In this document: positions 1 to 12,202 of the stretch, one piece after another | How positions within the stretch are numbered: the stretch's first letter is position 1 | Layout: every line of letters begins with the position of its first letter | Assembly: GCA_003971905.1 (NCBI GenBank) | Contig: RSEE01000027.1 | Coordinates: forward strand, 186,001 to 250,000 | Direction of reading: 5' to 3' | DNA from: Moniliella sp. 'wahieum' | Taxonomy: Eukaryota | DNA: 64,000 nucleotides | The notes under the pieces: model-generated | What the model was told of the DNA's origin: nothing | The model's database searches: none | Seen by the model: only the letters and a program-made list of their open reading frames with translations | Made by a program: the position numbers and the translations under genes

Positions 1-162
1 GCAGCACAGCAGCCGACCGCCCGTGGCTAGTGGCTGGCGCCGGGCGCCCGGGCGGCTGGCGGCTAATAGCACGCGGCTGCCAACTGCGCTTTTCCCCAAA
101 CCACCATCCGAACGACACCCACGCCCAGAAGCAGCCACCCCAGGCCCCGCCCCGCCCCGCCT

Positions 163-204
163 CGCCGCCCACACCGTCCGCCCCGCCGCCCACACCGTCC
201 GCCC
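163..204. repeat. 21-bp perfect tandem duplication (CGCCGCCCACACCGTCCGCCC x2) upstream of the REG1-like ATG
   Basis: Read directly at 163-183 and 184-204. Confidence 0.8.
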
Positions 205-260
205 CCCTCACCCCCCCCCACCGCCACCGCCACCTCCATCGCGCCCTCACCCGCACCCCT

Positions 261-1889
261 ATGCTGAGCACTCCATCACCCTACCCCCTGGTGGAGTCCG
301 GCGGTCCAATACCAGACGACGCCCAGATCGACCAGAACCGTGCCTCCATCAATGTCGACTACCTCTCCCACCAGTGGACCGACGAGGATGTGTGGTCCAG
401 CTGGAAGGCCATGACCAAGAAGAAGCATGAGATTGCCAACGGCGTCCGTCTTGAGAACGCCTCCTGGCGCACTTGGGCCAAGCAGCGTGGCAAACTCAAG
501 ACCATCTCCCCCGAAACACTCAACTGGTGCGTGCCTTCCTCCGTCTCTTTGTTTCCTCCCTCCTCTCGCCCTTTTCCCGCTTTAACCTGGACATCCCTTT
601 CTGTCCTCCCTGTTTGTAGGCTGAAGGACAGCGACGTTACCTGGCTCTATGGACCTTTGCACGAGCACGCGGACCCCGTTCCGCCACCCAAGGTGGCTAG
701 CGTCTCCGAACGCTTTGGCCTTGACTTGGGCCACCCGGACCCTTGCTGCCAGCCCTTCCCTCCCCCCTTTCCAGAGCCAGAACCAGACCGGCGTCACCGA
801 CGGCGCTGCGCCCGAGGCCTACCCCCCGTCAAGCGTCCGGTGGACGAGAGTGGGAACTTGATGGTGGAGGGCAGGGCGCCATTTGCCCATGCCGGATTTG
901 GAGGGTACGTGAACAAGTCGGGCAAAAAGTCCATTCTGAAGCACCGCACGATTGGTGATATCCTTGCCCACCCGGGCGAGCTGGCCGTGCCGACGACTGA
1001 GCTGGGCGCAGCCAGCAGGGAAGAGAGTGATGCCGAGGGAAGTACCAGCTCCCACCTTGACAAGGGCAAGGCGCGAGCGAGCGATAGCGACGACGCGTCC
1101 GATCCGCCCAAACGCCACATCACCTTCAACACACGTGTTGAGCAGTGCATTGCTCTCGACCCGCTCGTTGGATGATGAGGCCAGCTCGGAAGGGAGTGTA
1201 AGCAGTAGCGAGGACGAGGGCCTCACCATCCCTCGCGCTGGCTCGAGAGAACGTCGGGCCAGTGCCGTTGTTCCCGATGACCCCCCTTCCTCTTCCTCTT
1301 CCTCCGGCACGCATTCCACGATTGCCATGCTGGCACCCACGCGACTCAAGGCATATGGACCCATGGCGCGGGGTGCTCCACATGTGGTTGACCCTCTGGC
1401 TTTGTGTTGGATGAAGAGGAGTATGGGTACGACGAGCCCGCCGCTCGCACCTGGCAGCTGGTCGATGACGACGAAGAAGATGACGAGTACTACCCACGCG
1501 GGGAAGATTACTACCACGATGGCAGCGACGAGTACCTCCCTGCCACGGGGGAGAGCATGTACGACGACGATTTGCGTGACGAGGCCGACATTGATATGCT
1601 GCCCCCAGCCCCGGTAACCTATGCCAGTCCCAACTCTGGGTCGGGAGCTGGGTTTGGGTCTGTGCCTGCCTCGGGTCCCGGCTCCGGGTTGGGCTCGAAC
1701 AGCAGCACTCCTCCTGGCGAGGCTGAGCCGAGGGGCAGACCCTCGCAGCGCTCCCCGTCAACGTCGGAAGAACGGATGCAGGATGCGCGCCGACCCGGCC
1801 GGCGGTACAATGGGTCGTACGCCGCTGCCGCCGCGGCGTCGTTGCCGTCCAAGTACGAAGGCGGCACCAGCTTAGACTATACCGCGTAA
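261..1889 (+). CDS. REG1-like / DUF1752-domain protein (putative PP1 regulatory subunit); one intron, frameshifted 3' part
   Basis: Motif NVDYLSHQW..DVWSSWK..RLENASWRTWAKQRGKLKTISPETLNW|LKDSDVTWLYGPLH is restored by removing intron 527-619 (GTGCGT..TAG). Also has KKSILKHRTI and an RVxF-like RHITFNTRVEQCIAL. The acidic tail runs to TAA 1889 across frameshifts. Confidence 0.75.
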
Positions 1890-2226
1890 TCGCGCCTATG
1901 TGATATCTTGAGTAGGACGGCTACCCTGGGGGCCCGGTGCCCACGCAACCCCTTTCCTCCTCTTCCAACCTCGCTTCTCCCTTTTCACGTTGCATGCATC
2001 CTTTTGTGTCCAGTGTCTGCTGTGCTAGTTTTCCCCGCCATGCAGGGATGTCGGAGGGGACTGGGGACTGATGCAGACGGTGTGCTAGACGGGGTGGGCC
2101 GCTGCGTGAACGTGGCCTGGCACTTTTTTCTCGAAGGTAGGGAGGCGGGGGTGGGCTGGCGATTCAATATTCATCCTCCTCCACGTCTCGGGTCGGGAAG
2201 GACTGCACAAAGGGGCGATGAGACCC

Positions 2227-2231
2227 AAAAA
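2227..2231 (-). terminator. RNA polymerase III terminator (T5) after the tRNA-Cys
   Basis: TTTTT on the minus strand just past the discriminator base. Confidence 0.75.
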
Positions 2232-2232
2232 G

Positions 2233-2337
2233 AGGAGTAGGTCGGACTCGAACCAACGACTTCAAGATGATTAGCAGCCTCTTTTCCATTTCCAGGCTCG
2301 TTGCAATCTCACACGCTAACCGCTGCGTCACTACTCC
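2233..2337 (-). tRNA. tRNA-Cys(GCA) with a 32-nt intron (2269-2300)
   Basis: Minus strand folds as acceptor GGAGTAG/CTACTCC with U73 discriminator (Cys identity), D arm ACGC-AGCGGTTA-GCGT, anticodon arm TGAGA-TT GCA A[intron]A-TCTTG and T arm GTTGG-TTCGAGT-CCGAC. The intron sits at the canonical 37/38 position. Confidence 0.92.
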
Positions 2338-3631
2338 GGTGCGGGGGCGAGCCTATGGCCTTGCAGCCATGCTCAACAGTGCGACACCACCACCCACCTC
2401 CTGGATGTTGTGCTCGTGGTAGTGGCGTTCTTGTTGTCCACAGCCAGAGGTCCTCTCGTTTCCGTTACGTTGGGTTGCCATCACAAATCCACCCAGCTTG
2501 AGTCACTCCGTCATAGGAAACCGCGATAGCCCGGTAGCCGGCAGGTCCTCTTGTAGCGACGCAAGTATGCCAGAACGCAAGCGAGACACAACAGTCTCTA
2601 CGATGCAGACAGCGGATACAGCGGAGAGAGGGGAGGAGTATCGAGTATAAGCGGGAGCGGGATACAGGTGGAGGTAAGGCAAATACAGGCGTTGCTACGA
2701 GAAGAAAACAAAAGCTTCTGAGTAGGTAAGCTAACTGAAGAAGGCCTAGCCAGCCACGTGGCAACACTCTGCTGTATACTTGCCAGTGGTCGTTCAATGG
2801 GTTATGTATACGACTTGGATGTCCAACCCCACAAAGACAGCAAGCGCGTACACTGTGATGGGCGTGCGTGCGCAGAACCTGTGCGCCAAGCATGGGGTCG
2901 AATGGGAGGTCCCACTCGGTGCAGGGTACGCCGTTCGAGGAAAAAGGCGAGCGTACTGGCCTGATGGGATCCCATTTCACACGCACACCGACGGTCAAAC
3001 GGTAAGGTAGGAGATGGAGTTGTGGGGTTTGGTGGATTGAGAGGGGCGCTACAGTAGGCCAGTCTGCAACAAAGGAAAGAAACAGCAAAGGGGGATGCTT
3101 GCGGACCTCCCGGACCTGCTTGCCCCCGGAACCCCCGTTTCTCAACGGGGGCACAGCAATAGACACAATCGCCTCTATTTGGCCAACACACAAATACGAT
3201 CGGTCTCAGTGTACCAAGGAACCCAAACTTGTTATTTAACGTAACGCATGAAGCGAAGCAGACAAGCGAAAGAAGGGGGATGATTGATGAGAAGACATGT
3301 GAGAAGGGATGGCGACAGGTGCGTGGAGAGAGAGAGACCGGATGAAGGGTGAAAGGTGTCAATGGTGGGGGGTGAAGCCGGTGAAGAGGGAGAGGGAGAG
3401 AGGAATGAGGAAAAAGCAAGGGTGGAGAGAGCTTAAAGAACAGTGTGGTTGAAGCGTTGACCAATGAAGCTAAAAACGAACCATTCAGGTATCAGATGAA
3501 GATCATGTCGCCCTCTGTTCCACAAATGGGCGGGCGAGACCGATCGGGAGGGCAGGTATCGATGCGGGGGACGAAGCGGCGGGGGGGGGGAAATAGGACC
3601 GTGTACGACAGACACGGAAGCAGGAGAAGCA

Positions 3632-5240
3632 TTAGGCGACGCAGAAGACGAGGAGGGGAAAAAGTATCCTCCCAAGCCCTGAAGCGCTAGCGATGTGAGT
3701 GCCAACAGGCTTTCCGGCTGGTGCAAGAGGGGGCAAGTCCTTGTCCTCCCACGAAAGCGGTGGAAGAGTCAGATCCCGGCCCAGTTGGAAGAAGTCCGGC
3801 CCGGCACTTCCCGGGAGGGGAAAGATCCCATGCGACGGAGCAGGGTGGACAGCAGCAAGAGAAACGTCCATTGGGGGTAAAAGTCGGTTTCCCGTTTGGA
3901 AGAAACAGCAAGGTGCGAGAGACGATCCTGGCACATGCGATTTCACTGGGGTAGGTACCACCGTCTCATCCGATTGGGTTCGAAGCAGAAGGAGGAGGAG
4001 CTCCCATCCGGGCTGGTGGGGGCAGTGGATACAGAGATGCGCAGGCCCTGCTCTGAGGCTGAAGAGTCTGTCGAAGCCGCATAACTGCTGACCCGGGTCG
4101 ATCCCAAGAGGGGGGGGGGGGAGCGTGCGCGCTCCTCCCGTTCCTGAGCCAGGGTACCGGCTAGAGTAAGAATCTGTTGGCGCATAGCCCCCAGGAGCTG
4201 AACCGTCGATTCGGGAGAAAGTCCCATGGGAAGAGAACTGGTACCAGTCCGGCAGGTGCGTTCGTATCGTCGTGGGAGAGAACCAAGGCCGGTGCCAGCT
4301 CGGCAGGAGTGAGATCAGGTAGCGTACCACCAGCCGGGAGAAGACTGGTCATGCGCACGGCTTAGCGGCGAGACCGGCACGGAGGTGGGCCTGTTCATTG
4401 GCTCGCTCAGCTCGGTAGCCAGCTTGCCCTCGAGCTCAGCGCAGCGTTGTCTCCACCGGAAATGTCGTCGAGGTACGTGTCCCGCTCGTGCTGGGTGAGA
4501 GCCAGGGTTTCCTCCAGTTGACGAATACCGGCCTTGTGTGCCTCCTCGGTCACCGGGCTTGGGTAGTAACCTTCGAGAGACTGAATGCGCGCTGCCAACG
4601 TTTCGCGCTCCTGTCCCAGGAAGAAAAGTGGGTGCATGCTGCTTCTGGCTTTGGCTCATGAGGTTTTGGACATGGGCATTCTCCTTGGCGATGGAGTCAG
4701 TTGAAGGAGGGCGGGAGATGATGGGAGATGGAGTGCGCCAGAGCGGTTTCCTTCTTCTCTTCATAAAAATCCTCTTCCTCTTCCTCTTCTTCGAGGAGGG
4801 TAGAAAGTCCCTGCCCAGGTGGGGAAGGGGGAGATGATGGGGCTGGTAGGCTAGCTTGGACAGGCTGGACGGGGTCTGCAGGCTCTTCAGAGAGTTGGGG
4901 CGGGAACGGCCCTCGAGCTTGTCCAGAGCCGATGGCGGTCGCCCAAGTCTCCGTCGCGGTGCGCGACAGCGGGGACAGGCAGAAAGTCCTGGTGGCAAAG
5001 GCAGAAAAGAGGACGGAGGCGCTGGCCACGGATCCGGGGAGAGGCGGAGGATTTGCGCTGGTCGGCCGACGAGTAGCTTCCGGGGATGCTAGCCAGGTCC
5101 TGCTGGCCCGTCACACTGGCATGCCGTTCATGACGACTGGAGCGTTAGGGGGCGAGTGAGAGGCGGGGCAAACAGCAGCGCCGCGTCCTGCACGGACGCC
5201 CGCGTCGAGGCTGAGCGCGAGTGGCGGCGCGGCGGGCGGG
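3632..5240 (-). CDS. Hypothetical protein with acidic and coiled-coil-like segments (frameshifted; limits uncertain)
   Basis: Overlapping minus-strand ORF pieces give LLEEEEEEEDFYEEKKE, ERETLAARIQSLEG..IRQLEETLALTQHERD and LLGAMRQQILTLAGTLAQEREERAR. A TACTAAC-TAG acceptor lies upstream at about 5381-5390. No family recognised. Confidence 0.4.
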
Positions 5241-5760
5241 CAGACATCTGCGGCAAGGCCAAGTCGAACGCACCAGGCGTGACAGAGGGGCTGGGGATGC
5301 ACGTGTGCGTAGGGGAGATGGACGGCCAACTGGATGCAAGGACGAAGGCGTCGGCAACGTTGGCATATACGGCGCAGCACCTAGTTAGTACTGGCGGCTG
5401 GGGGCTAGTCGCCCCGCTCAGCCGTAGCCTTCAGCCCAGCCCAGCCCCAGGGGCGGCACAGCGCCAGTGTGTCAGTCCGGCTCCATCCCTCGCCTGAAAT
5501 ATAGCAGCTTGCTATAACCACAACCACCTGCCCATCCACGTGCTCCTCGGACGATCCGGCGCTGGACACGGAGCGAGTTGCGCCTGCAGCAACAAGCCCA
5601 TGTCGCACGTCGCAGGGCCAATCACCACTCACCGAGCACCGACCCGTTTTTCCAAAGCATGCTTACCTGCTGGACCGCACCTCTCCCAACCTATCGAATA
5701 GCCTACTAGTAATGCACACACGACACGTCTGCAAAATAATGGCAGGGACACGTCCATTGC

Positions 5761-7170
5761 TTAGTTGTGTTCCTTGAGAGGTGTGGCCTGGCCGGCCTTG
5801 ACATTGCCCCAGCCAATCAGACGCCAGTGCTTGTCCACCCGGCGCGACAGCGCCACTTTTTCGTCGTAGTCCGCGCACACCGGCTTGGTCAGTGCGATTC
5901 GGACCATGTCCGCCTTGATCGACAGCACCCTCCCGCCCGTGGTGAGGGAGCCAATCGAGAGCATCAGCACCTCGCCCGCCTCCAGCTTGCGCACCTTGAC
6001 CTGCTTCTTGTCGTCCGACGCCACACCCAGCAGCCGGCGCAAGAGGAAGTAGGACAGCTCCAGTTCATGGTACACCGTCGGCAGCGACCCGGTCTCACCG
6101 AGCACCTGCCCCACAATTCCATCTCCGCGACACAGCGTCGGGTCCATCTTGGTCCCCGCACCAATCAGCCCACCTGGCACGGCAAAGTCCAAATTGTTGT
6201 GTTCGGCGTGGAGCGAGACAACACGGGTTTGGATCGGCATGGTGAGCAGGTTGCCCTGCTCATCGCGCGTGCTCAACCCGGGTCGCACCTCCACATTCTG
6301 TCCCACCTTGAGCACACCGCGCAGATCGAGCCTCCTGCCACACCCTGCAGCTCCTCCACCTCCGCTCCTGGCTTGTTGACGTCAAAGGAACGGATGATAA
6401 TCAGACGCGCCGGAGCGGTAAAGTCGCGGAGGGGGATAGGGATGGTAGTGACCAATTGTTCCAGAACGGCATCAATGTTGTACTTGAGCTGGGCAGATGG
6501 GCACAATGGGCGAGTTGGCCGCCTGGGTCTTGTGGGTAAACCGCTTGATTTGCCGCCAGTGTTCCTGGGCCGCCTCTTCGCGGATCAGATCCACCTTGTT
6601 TTGCAGAATGATAATGTGGTCCAGGCGCATGATCTCAACGGCAGCCAAGTGCTCGGACGTTTGCGGTTGCGGGCACGGCTCGTTCGCCGCGACCAGGAGC
6701 AAGGCAGCGTCCATGACCGCCGCACCGTTAAGCATAGTGGCCATAAGAATATCGTGCCCGGGACAATCAACAAAGGAGACGTGGCGAACGAGGTTGAGGG
6801 TGCCGCCGCACCCGGGACGCTCACACTTGGGGTGGTCTTCCTTGTCGCTGGGGAAGGAGGCGTAGTTGCCTGGGCGCAAACAGGACGGGTTGTCGCATTT
6901 GTAAATCTTGGCATTGGCGTACCCAAGCTTGATCGTAATGTTGCGCACCAGCTCGTTCTTGAAGCGGACCGTCTGGACACCCGAGATGGCCTTGACTACG
7001 GTCGACTTGCCGTGGGCGACATGACCAATGGTGCCAATGTTAATGGTGGCCTGGCGGCGGATGACCTCAGGGGAGAGAGGGGTGAGGGCGTCGGCGTTAC
7101 GCTGATGTTGCGGACGCCATCGGTGATGCTCTCGATGGTGGCGGGGGCCTGGAGCTCGTCAAAAGCCCAT
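5761..7170 (-). CDS. GCD11: Translation initiation factor eIF2 gamma subunit (intronless; frameshift errors)
   Basis: [89 protein letters not shown] and C-terminal [18 protein letters not shown]. Confidence 0.96.
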
Positions 7171-7923
7171 GGTGCGAGAAGAGGTGGTGGCGGCGGCGTT
7201 GGGCAAAAAAGGCGGGCTGGGCAGATGGCCGAAGAAGGCAGAGGAGACACAATATTTTGCGGGCTGACGTAAGACACTCGACACCTCCCCCTACGGGCTG
7301 CTGGGTGGGCGGCGGGGCGGAGGGCAGGCGGACACGGGTGAGTCACGCAGGCGGCTAACCCTAGTGCGCCTGCCTGTGGAGTTGGCTCGGTGGGATTGCA
7401 TTCGGGGGCTCGCCAGTCACTCCGTCCCAGGCGGGCGAGAAAGCTTCGGCGGCGGTTGGATCGTGTGCCTGCCTGACCGGCGCTTGCGTCAGCTGCTCCT
7501 CCACCAGTCTAGAGGCCCTCGCAGGGGGCAGGCTGGGCAGCGCCTCGCGCTGGTCTCCTAATTGAATAATGAGCTAGCTCGAACCGAAAACGGATGAACG
7601 AAGAAGAACACTCCGGTCCGCTCTGGGCATAGTGCCCACAGCAACAAGCAGCATCTACGGAACAGGAGTGGAGAACAACGGCTGCCGTCATGCATGCCAA
7701 TACTTAGAACAAATCAGCCCAATCTGGGCTTAACGGCCCGGTGGCACACGCAGTACGGCAGAATGGCAAACAAGATACACCACTCAGTCCAAGCACACAT
7801 ATGCCATCAGCAGCTGCTTACTTACGCGACACCTCAACAAGCATAAGGTGTCACGGATACGATCGTCTAATCAATCTTCATGTCCAAGGCAATCTCACCC
7901 AGGCAGTTCCAGGTCCCCGGCAC

Positions 7924-10079
7924 CTACTTGCGCTTGTTCTTCTTTTTCTTGTTTTGCGCGGCCCCGTGCCACGGGAGAGGGAGCCGTAAGGGGTGGATGT
8001 GGTACTTGGATCCCCTCCGAAGGCGGTTTGTCCTTGACTTCCGCCTCGTCCGCCTTGGCCGCACTGGTCCCGTTTTCGGGCGCAGAGACCGTTTCAGCCG
8101 GAGCGGACACATTGTCCGTGCCTGCCGCGGGAACAGACAAGGGGGCATCCCGTTCCTCCTCCGGCTTCGCTTCCGGCTTCTTCGCTTCCGGCTCCGACTG
8201 AGGCGAAGGCGTAACCACCTTTGTGTCGACAGCCTCTACCGCTGTAGCCGGGACTGACACCTGGCCTTCAGGGGACAGTGCCTCCACCGCCTCAGCCACT
8301 GGCTCTTCCGTTACTGTCTCCTTGGCTGTCGAATTTGCCTCCGCCTCCGTCTCAGCCGGAACAGCCAGAATTGGAGTTGCGGCTGGTGCAGGAGTCGGCG
8401 CGGGAGCCTGCGATGAGGCGCGAGCCGGAGCTGGAGGTGAAGTAGGGAGGCTGGGACGCTTTTCTGAAGCCGAGGTGGAAACACGACGAATGGTTCCGTC
8501 GCCAGGCACGGTGAGCAGGTCGCCCGTGCTGATGGCCGAGTTGGAGCGGGACCGTGAGTTGGGCAGTGGCTCTTGCTCCGGGGTCCAGGTGGCAGTGCGC
8601 TTGATCTGCACGCGGCGGAGCGGGGCATTGGCAAGGGAAGAAAGCGTGCCATACGTGGTGCCGGAGTACCTGTGCCAGTCTGGTCGTTCAAGGGGGTGAG
8701 AGGACTGGATGCCTTGCCCCCGATTGGGCGGGGGAAGGGAGCCCAAATGTGCTCCGGCGGGCGGGGATGCGCTTGTTGCGGCGGCGCTCGATAATGCCCC
8801 GCACCAAAGGTGCCATGCGCCTTGTTTGGCGGCGGCAGAAGCAGTGGGGTTGAGAACGGGTGACCTTGACCTTATTGTGCACATCGAGATAGACGTCAAA
8901 CTCATCCACGATCTCGCGTCCAATCATCTCCTCAATCACGTCTTCAAGCGTCACCACGCCCAACGCACCGCGGGGCTCGCCAGGGTAGTCCGAGACAAGT
9001 AGCATGTGCGACCGGCCCTGCTGAAAGTAGTTGAGACAATCAAACAGGGTGAGCTCGGGGAGCTTCGGGCAACGCAGCAAGCTGGAAGCGGGAAACTTGC
9101 TCGGCGTCCTCGGGGTCGTACGAGATGAGGTTCTTGACGAGGAGCATGCCCAACACGGCGTCCGGCTTGCCTGGTTCATGTACGGGGATGCGCGAGTAGC
9201 CGTGGTGAACCAACGTTGCCACTCCAGCCTCGTCCAAGACCGCATCTGACGGCAGCGTAAACACATCCTCGATCGGCGTCATAATGTCCTTGACTGTCTT
9301 GTCGTTCAGGTCGAGCACGGCTCGAATGATGGTCACCTCATCGTTGGTCAACGTTTCTTCACCCAGCGCCTGGTGCAACGAAACAAAGGTCTTGAGTTCG
9401 GCCTTGCGATAAACAGTACCATGTTCTTCGCCCAGGCACCAGTCGAGCAGTTTCGCCGTCGGCCAGGCAATGGGCGCGAGAGAATCATGACATGCATGCA
9501 CCATGGTGCACAGTACGCGCCATCGCCAGACCATACCGGGCACAGATGGCCTGTGGGACGATTTCACCAAAGATGACAATGAGCAGGGTCGATGTCAACA
9601 CGGCACTCAGACCACCGCCGAAATCAGAGAGAAAGACGGGCAGCGTTTCATTCACGATTACGTTACCCAAGAGGAGAACGACGAGGACCCAGTGCCGGCC
9701 CTTTCGAGCAGATTGAGCACGACGCGCGCCTCGCGCTGCTCCGACTCGGTGCCACTTGTACTGAGGACTTGAAGGTTGACCATATCCAGCCCCATGAGCC
9801 CCAGGGTTAAGCCGGCAAAGACACCGCCGAGAAGGACAAGACCTGCGATGCTGAGCAGGCTCATGATCAGCTGGGCGTCGGTACGGGGTGGGGCAGGCGC
9901 AGCGCCGCCATGGCCGAGACTGGAGACGGGGGCGGCAAGGAACGGCAGAGGGAGGGCAGCGATGGGGCGGGCGGCGAGGAGGAGGAGAGGAGGCCGTGGA
10001 CGAGGCGGGTGCGGGTGCTGAGGGCGTAGGCGGGGCCCAGGCCGCGGCCCAGCTGGGCGGTGGGGGGGGGCGGGGGCAT
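7924..10079 (-). CDS. MAM3: CNNM/DUF21 + CBS-pair membrane protein (MAM3-like metal homeostasis protein)
   Basis: [88 protein letters not shown] and [32 protein letters not shown]. The tail is low-complexity with a K-rich end; the stop is 7924 or 7895 depending on frame. Confidence 0.9.
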
Positions 10080-11115
10080 GCGAGGGGGGTGGCGGGGGGT
10101 GGGGGCGAAGACGCAACGGGCGGTCGGATGTTATTTCTTGCCACTCGCCTCTCGCCTCTTCCGGCCTCGTCCGCCCGATTCAGCGGCAGAGGGCAGCAGC
10201 AAGCGGCAGACGCACGGGGCAACATCCAAGCGTAAGAAAATGCTTGAAGCTTGAAGCCTGACACAAAGCATAATTGGCCTCACGCCGCAGGCCGCACACG
10301 CCCACAAGAGACGGGTGCTAGGGTTGTCCATGCGCTCGTGTCACCACATGTCAACACGCGCTCAACGCACCCTGTCCGCCCATACTTGGCATACCCATTG
10401 GCCAACACCCCGCCACAGCGTCTCCATGCTCAACTAACACCGCGCACCGGCTTCCCTCGCACGCTCCGCCGGCCCCTTTCCCCCATGTGCAGACGGGAAC
10501 AGCCAGCGCGCCCACGCGAGCGCTTCCGCCGTGCCCTCAAGCATTTGAGGTGGTGTTGGGACACTAGTGCGGTGTGCCAAAGGCATAGCCGGACTCTGGC
10601 GCTCCCAGCCACTTCAATCCAGCGGCTAGCTCCGCTAGTTCCGCTCGGGCGGACATGTGGCTGGCTGACTGGCCTCCTATCTAGCAGCCCCGGCAGTCGT
10701 AGCTCTTAGTTTTCCCTCTTCCACTCCCTCCTCCTCCTCCCTCTCCGCTACTCTCTACTATCGCTCACCAGCAATCAATCCCTATCGTCTATGGCCCAGT
10801 TCTTGATTGCTGTCTCGCTTGGCATCGGGATCCGGTCACATCAGTGGCTCGACTTCTGCATCCGCAAGCTTCGCTAAGATAATCGTAATCGATAGCAATC
10901 GATCGGAGAGGCCGATCCCATCTTTTTTTGATGCTCGGCAGCTGGCACACCCTCCGATGACTCCGAGTATCTCCTCCGAGTATCTCCGGACGCGCTGCTG
11001 CCATTAATCAGCATTTGTCCACGCCAAGCCAACCCGCTTGAAGCCTCTCCTCACGCCACCGTCCATCCTTCTTGCCGCCGCTCTAGGCCTCCCCCTCCTG
11101 TCTTCCAGTCCTCCC

Positions 11116-11588
11116 ATGTCCCCTCTCCCGCCGCCCGCACCCGACTCGACGCTCCCGGGAGGCTACACTCTCGTGGTGGGGCCTCCACCGTTGGACGAAT
11201 ACCTACGCCTGCGCCGCGAGACCGGCCTGTCACCCAAGACGGCGGCAGGGACGGCCGGCGCTGGCCAACAGCTGGTCCTGGGTCCATGTTGTGGTCAAGG
11301 GGGATGATCAGGCGCACCCTCGTGTCGCTGCGATGGGCAGGGTCATGGGCGATGGGGGGTGGTACTACTGCATTTGCGACATGGCCACCGATCCTGACCA
11401 CCAGCGGCGCGGGCTGGGCAAGGTTGTCCTTTCGTGGCTGCTGAAGGACATTCGGGCCCGCTCCCCTCCCGGCGCCTACATTACCCTACACGGGCGATCC
11501 GCCTGGCCAGAAGCTGTATCGCTCCTTGGGCTTCAAGGACTCTCACCCCAGCTTGGGCATGTACATCCTCGACCCCAAAAGTGACTAA
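11116..11588 (+). CDS. Small GNAT-family N-acetyltransferase of bacterial-like (AttT-related) type, intronless
   Basis: Stitched protein: PPPLDEYLRLRRETGLSPKTA..NSWSWVHV..AMGRVMGDGGWYYCICDMATDPDHQRRGLGKVVLSWLLKDIRARSPPGAYITL.DPPGQKLYRSLGF. It has the acetyl-CoA motif QRRGLG and LYxxxGF. Confidence 0.85.
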
Positions 11589-12202
11589 AAAAACCCAGCC
11601 CATACCCATCTCAATCCCGTTCCCTCTCACACATGGCGCGAAGAATGCAACTTGGTGCCGGCCAAACGAGGCATGCCGCTCTCGCGCTATGCAGTTGGTG
11701 CGCCCCACCCGTTCTTTCCTTAACTGTGAGCGGGAATGGTCTCTGGTTGTCTGTGTCCAGCATGTGATCGGGTGGGATGTGTCTGGAGGTAGCATGGTGA
11801 ACAGAGAGACATCTTGTTGGAGGCATCGTTGGAGAGAGTGAAGGTGGAATGTCCTCGGCTGAATACATTTTCCACACTCCTATTGCTGAGGCCAAAGGAA
11901 AACAAAGCCAAAAAGCGAAGCCAAATCCGAGCCGGGCAAAGCCGCAGCTAGGCACGTGCCTCCGCGTGTGGCGCAGCCTCGTTAGCAGGCGAAAGGACGC
12001 AGCTGCTGTTTGACTGGGCGGAACACCGCACAGACACCTGACGCCTGTCAGTACTCAGTCCACAGGGCAATCTAACTTTCCGCGCTCGTTCTCACGCTCG
12101 TTACGCCACCAGTCATCCCCCTGCCGCCCCGACACGCTCCAGCCTTATCATCACCATCATCCTCTGATGCCCTCTTCTCTCCGCGCTCCGTTCGTCGCGA
12201 TA

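Noticed and set aside
2233..2337. Possible selenocysteine or suppressor tRNA
   Set aside because: The anticodon is GCA with U73 and a short variable loop. The extra length is a canonical intron.
2465..3464. Possible tRNA-targeted retroelement or gag-like ORF next to the tRNA (CCLCGVGHPSRIH)
   Set aside because: The spacing does not fit CX2CX4HX4C, and no LTR, RT or integrase motifs are present. It is more likely UTR or intergenic sequence.
5767..7272. Long antisense ORFs such as the 501-aa plus-strand ORF over eIF2-gamma, and many P/R/G-rich ORFs elsewhere
   Set aside because: These are shadow ORFs caused by high GC and codon bias opposite real genes, with no recognisable domains.
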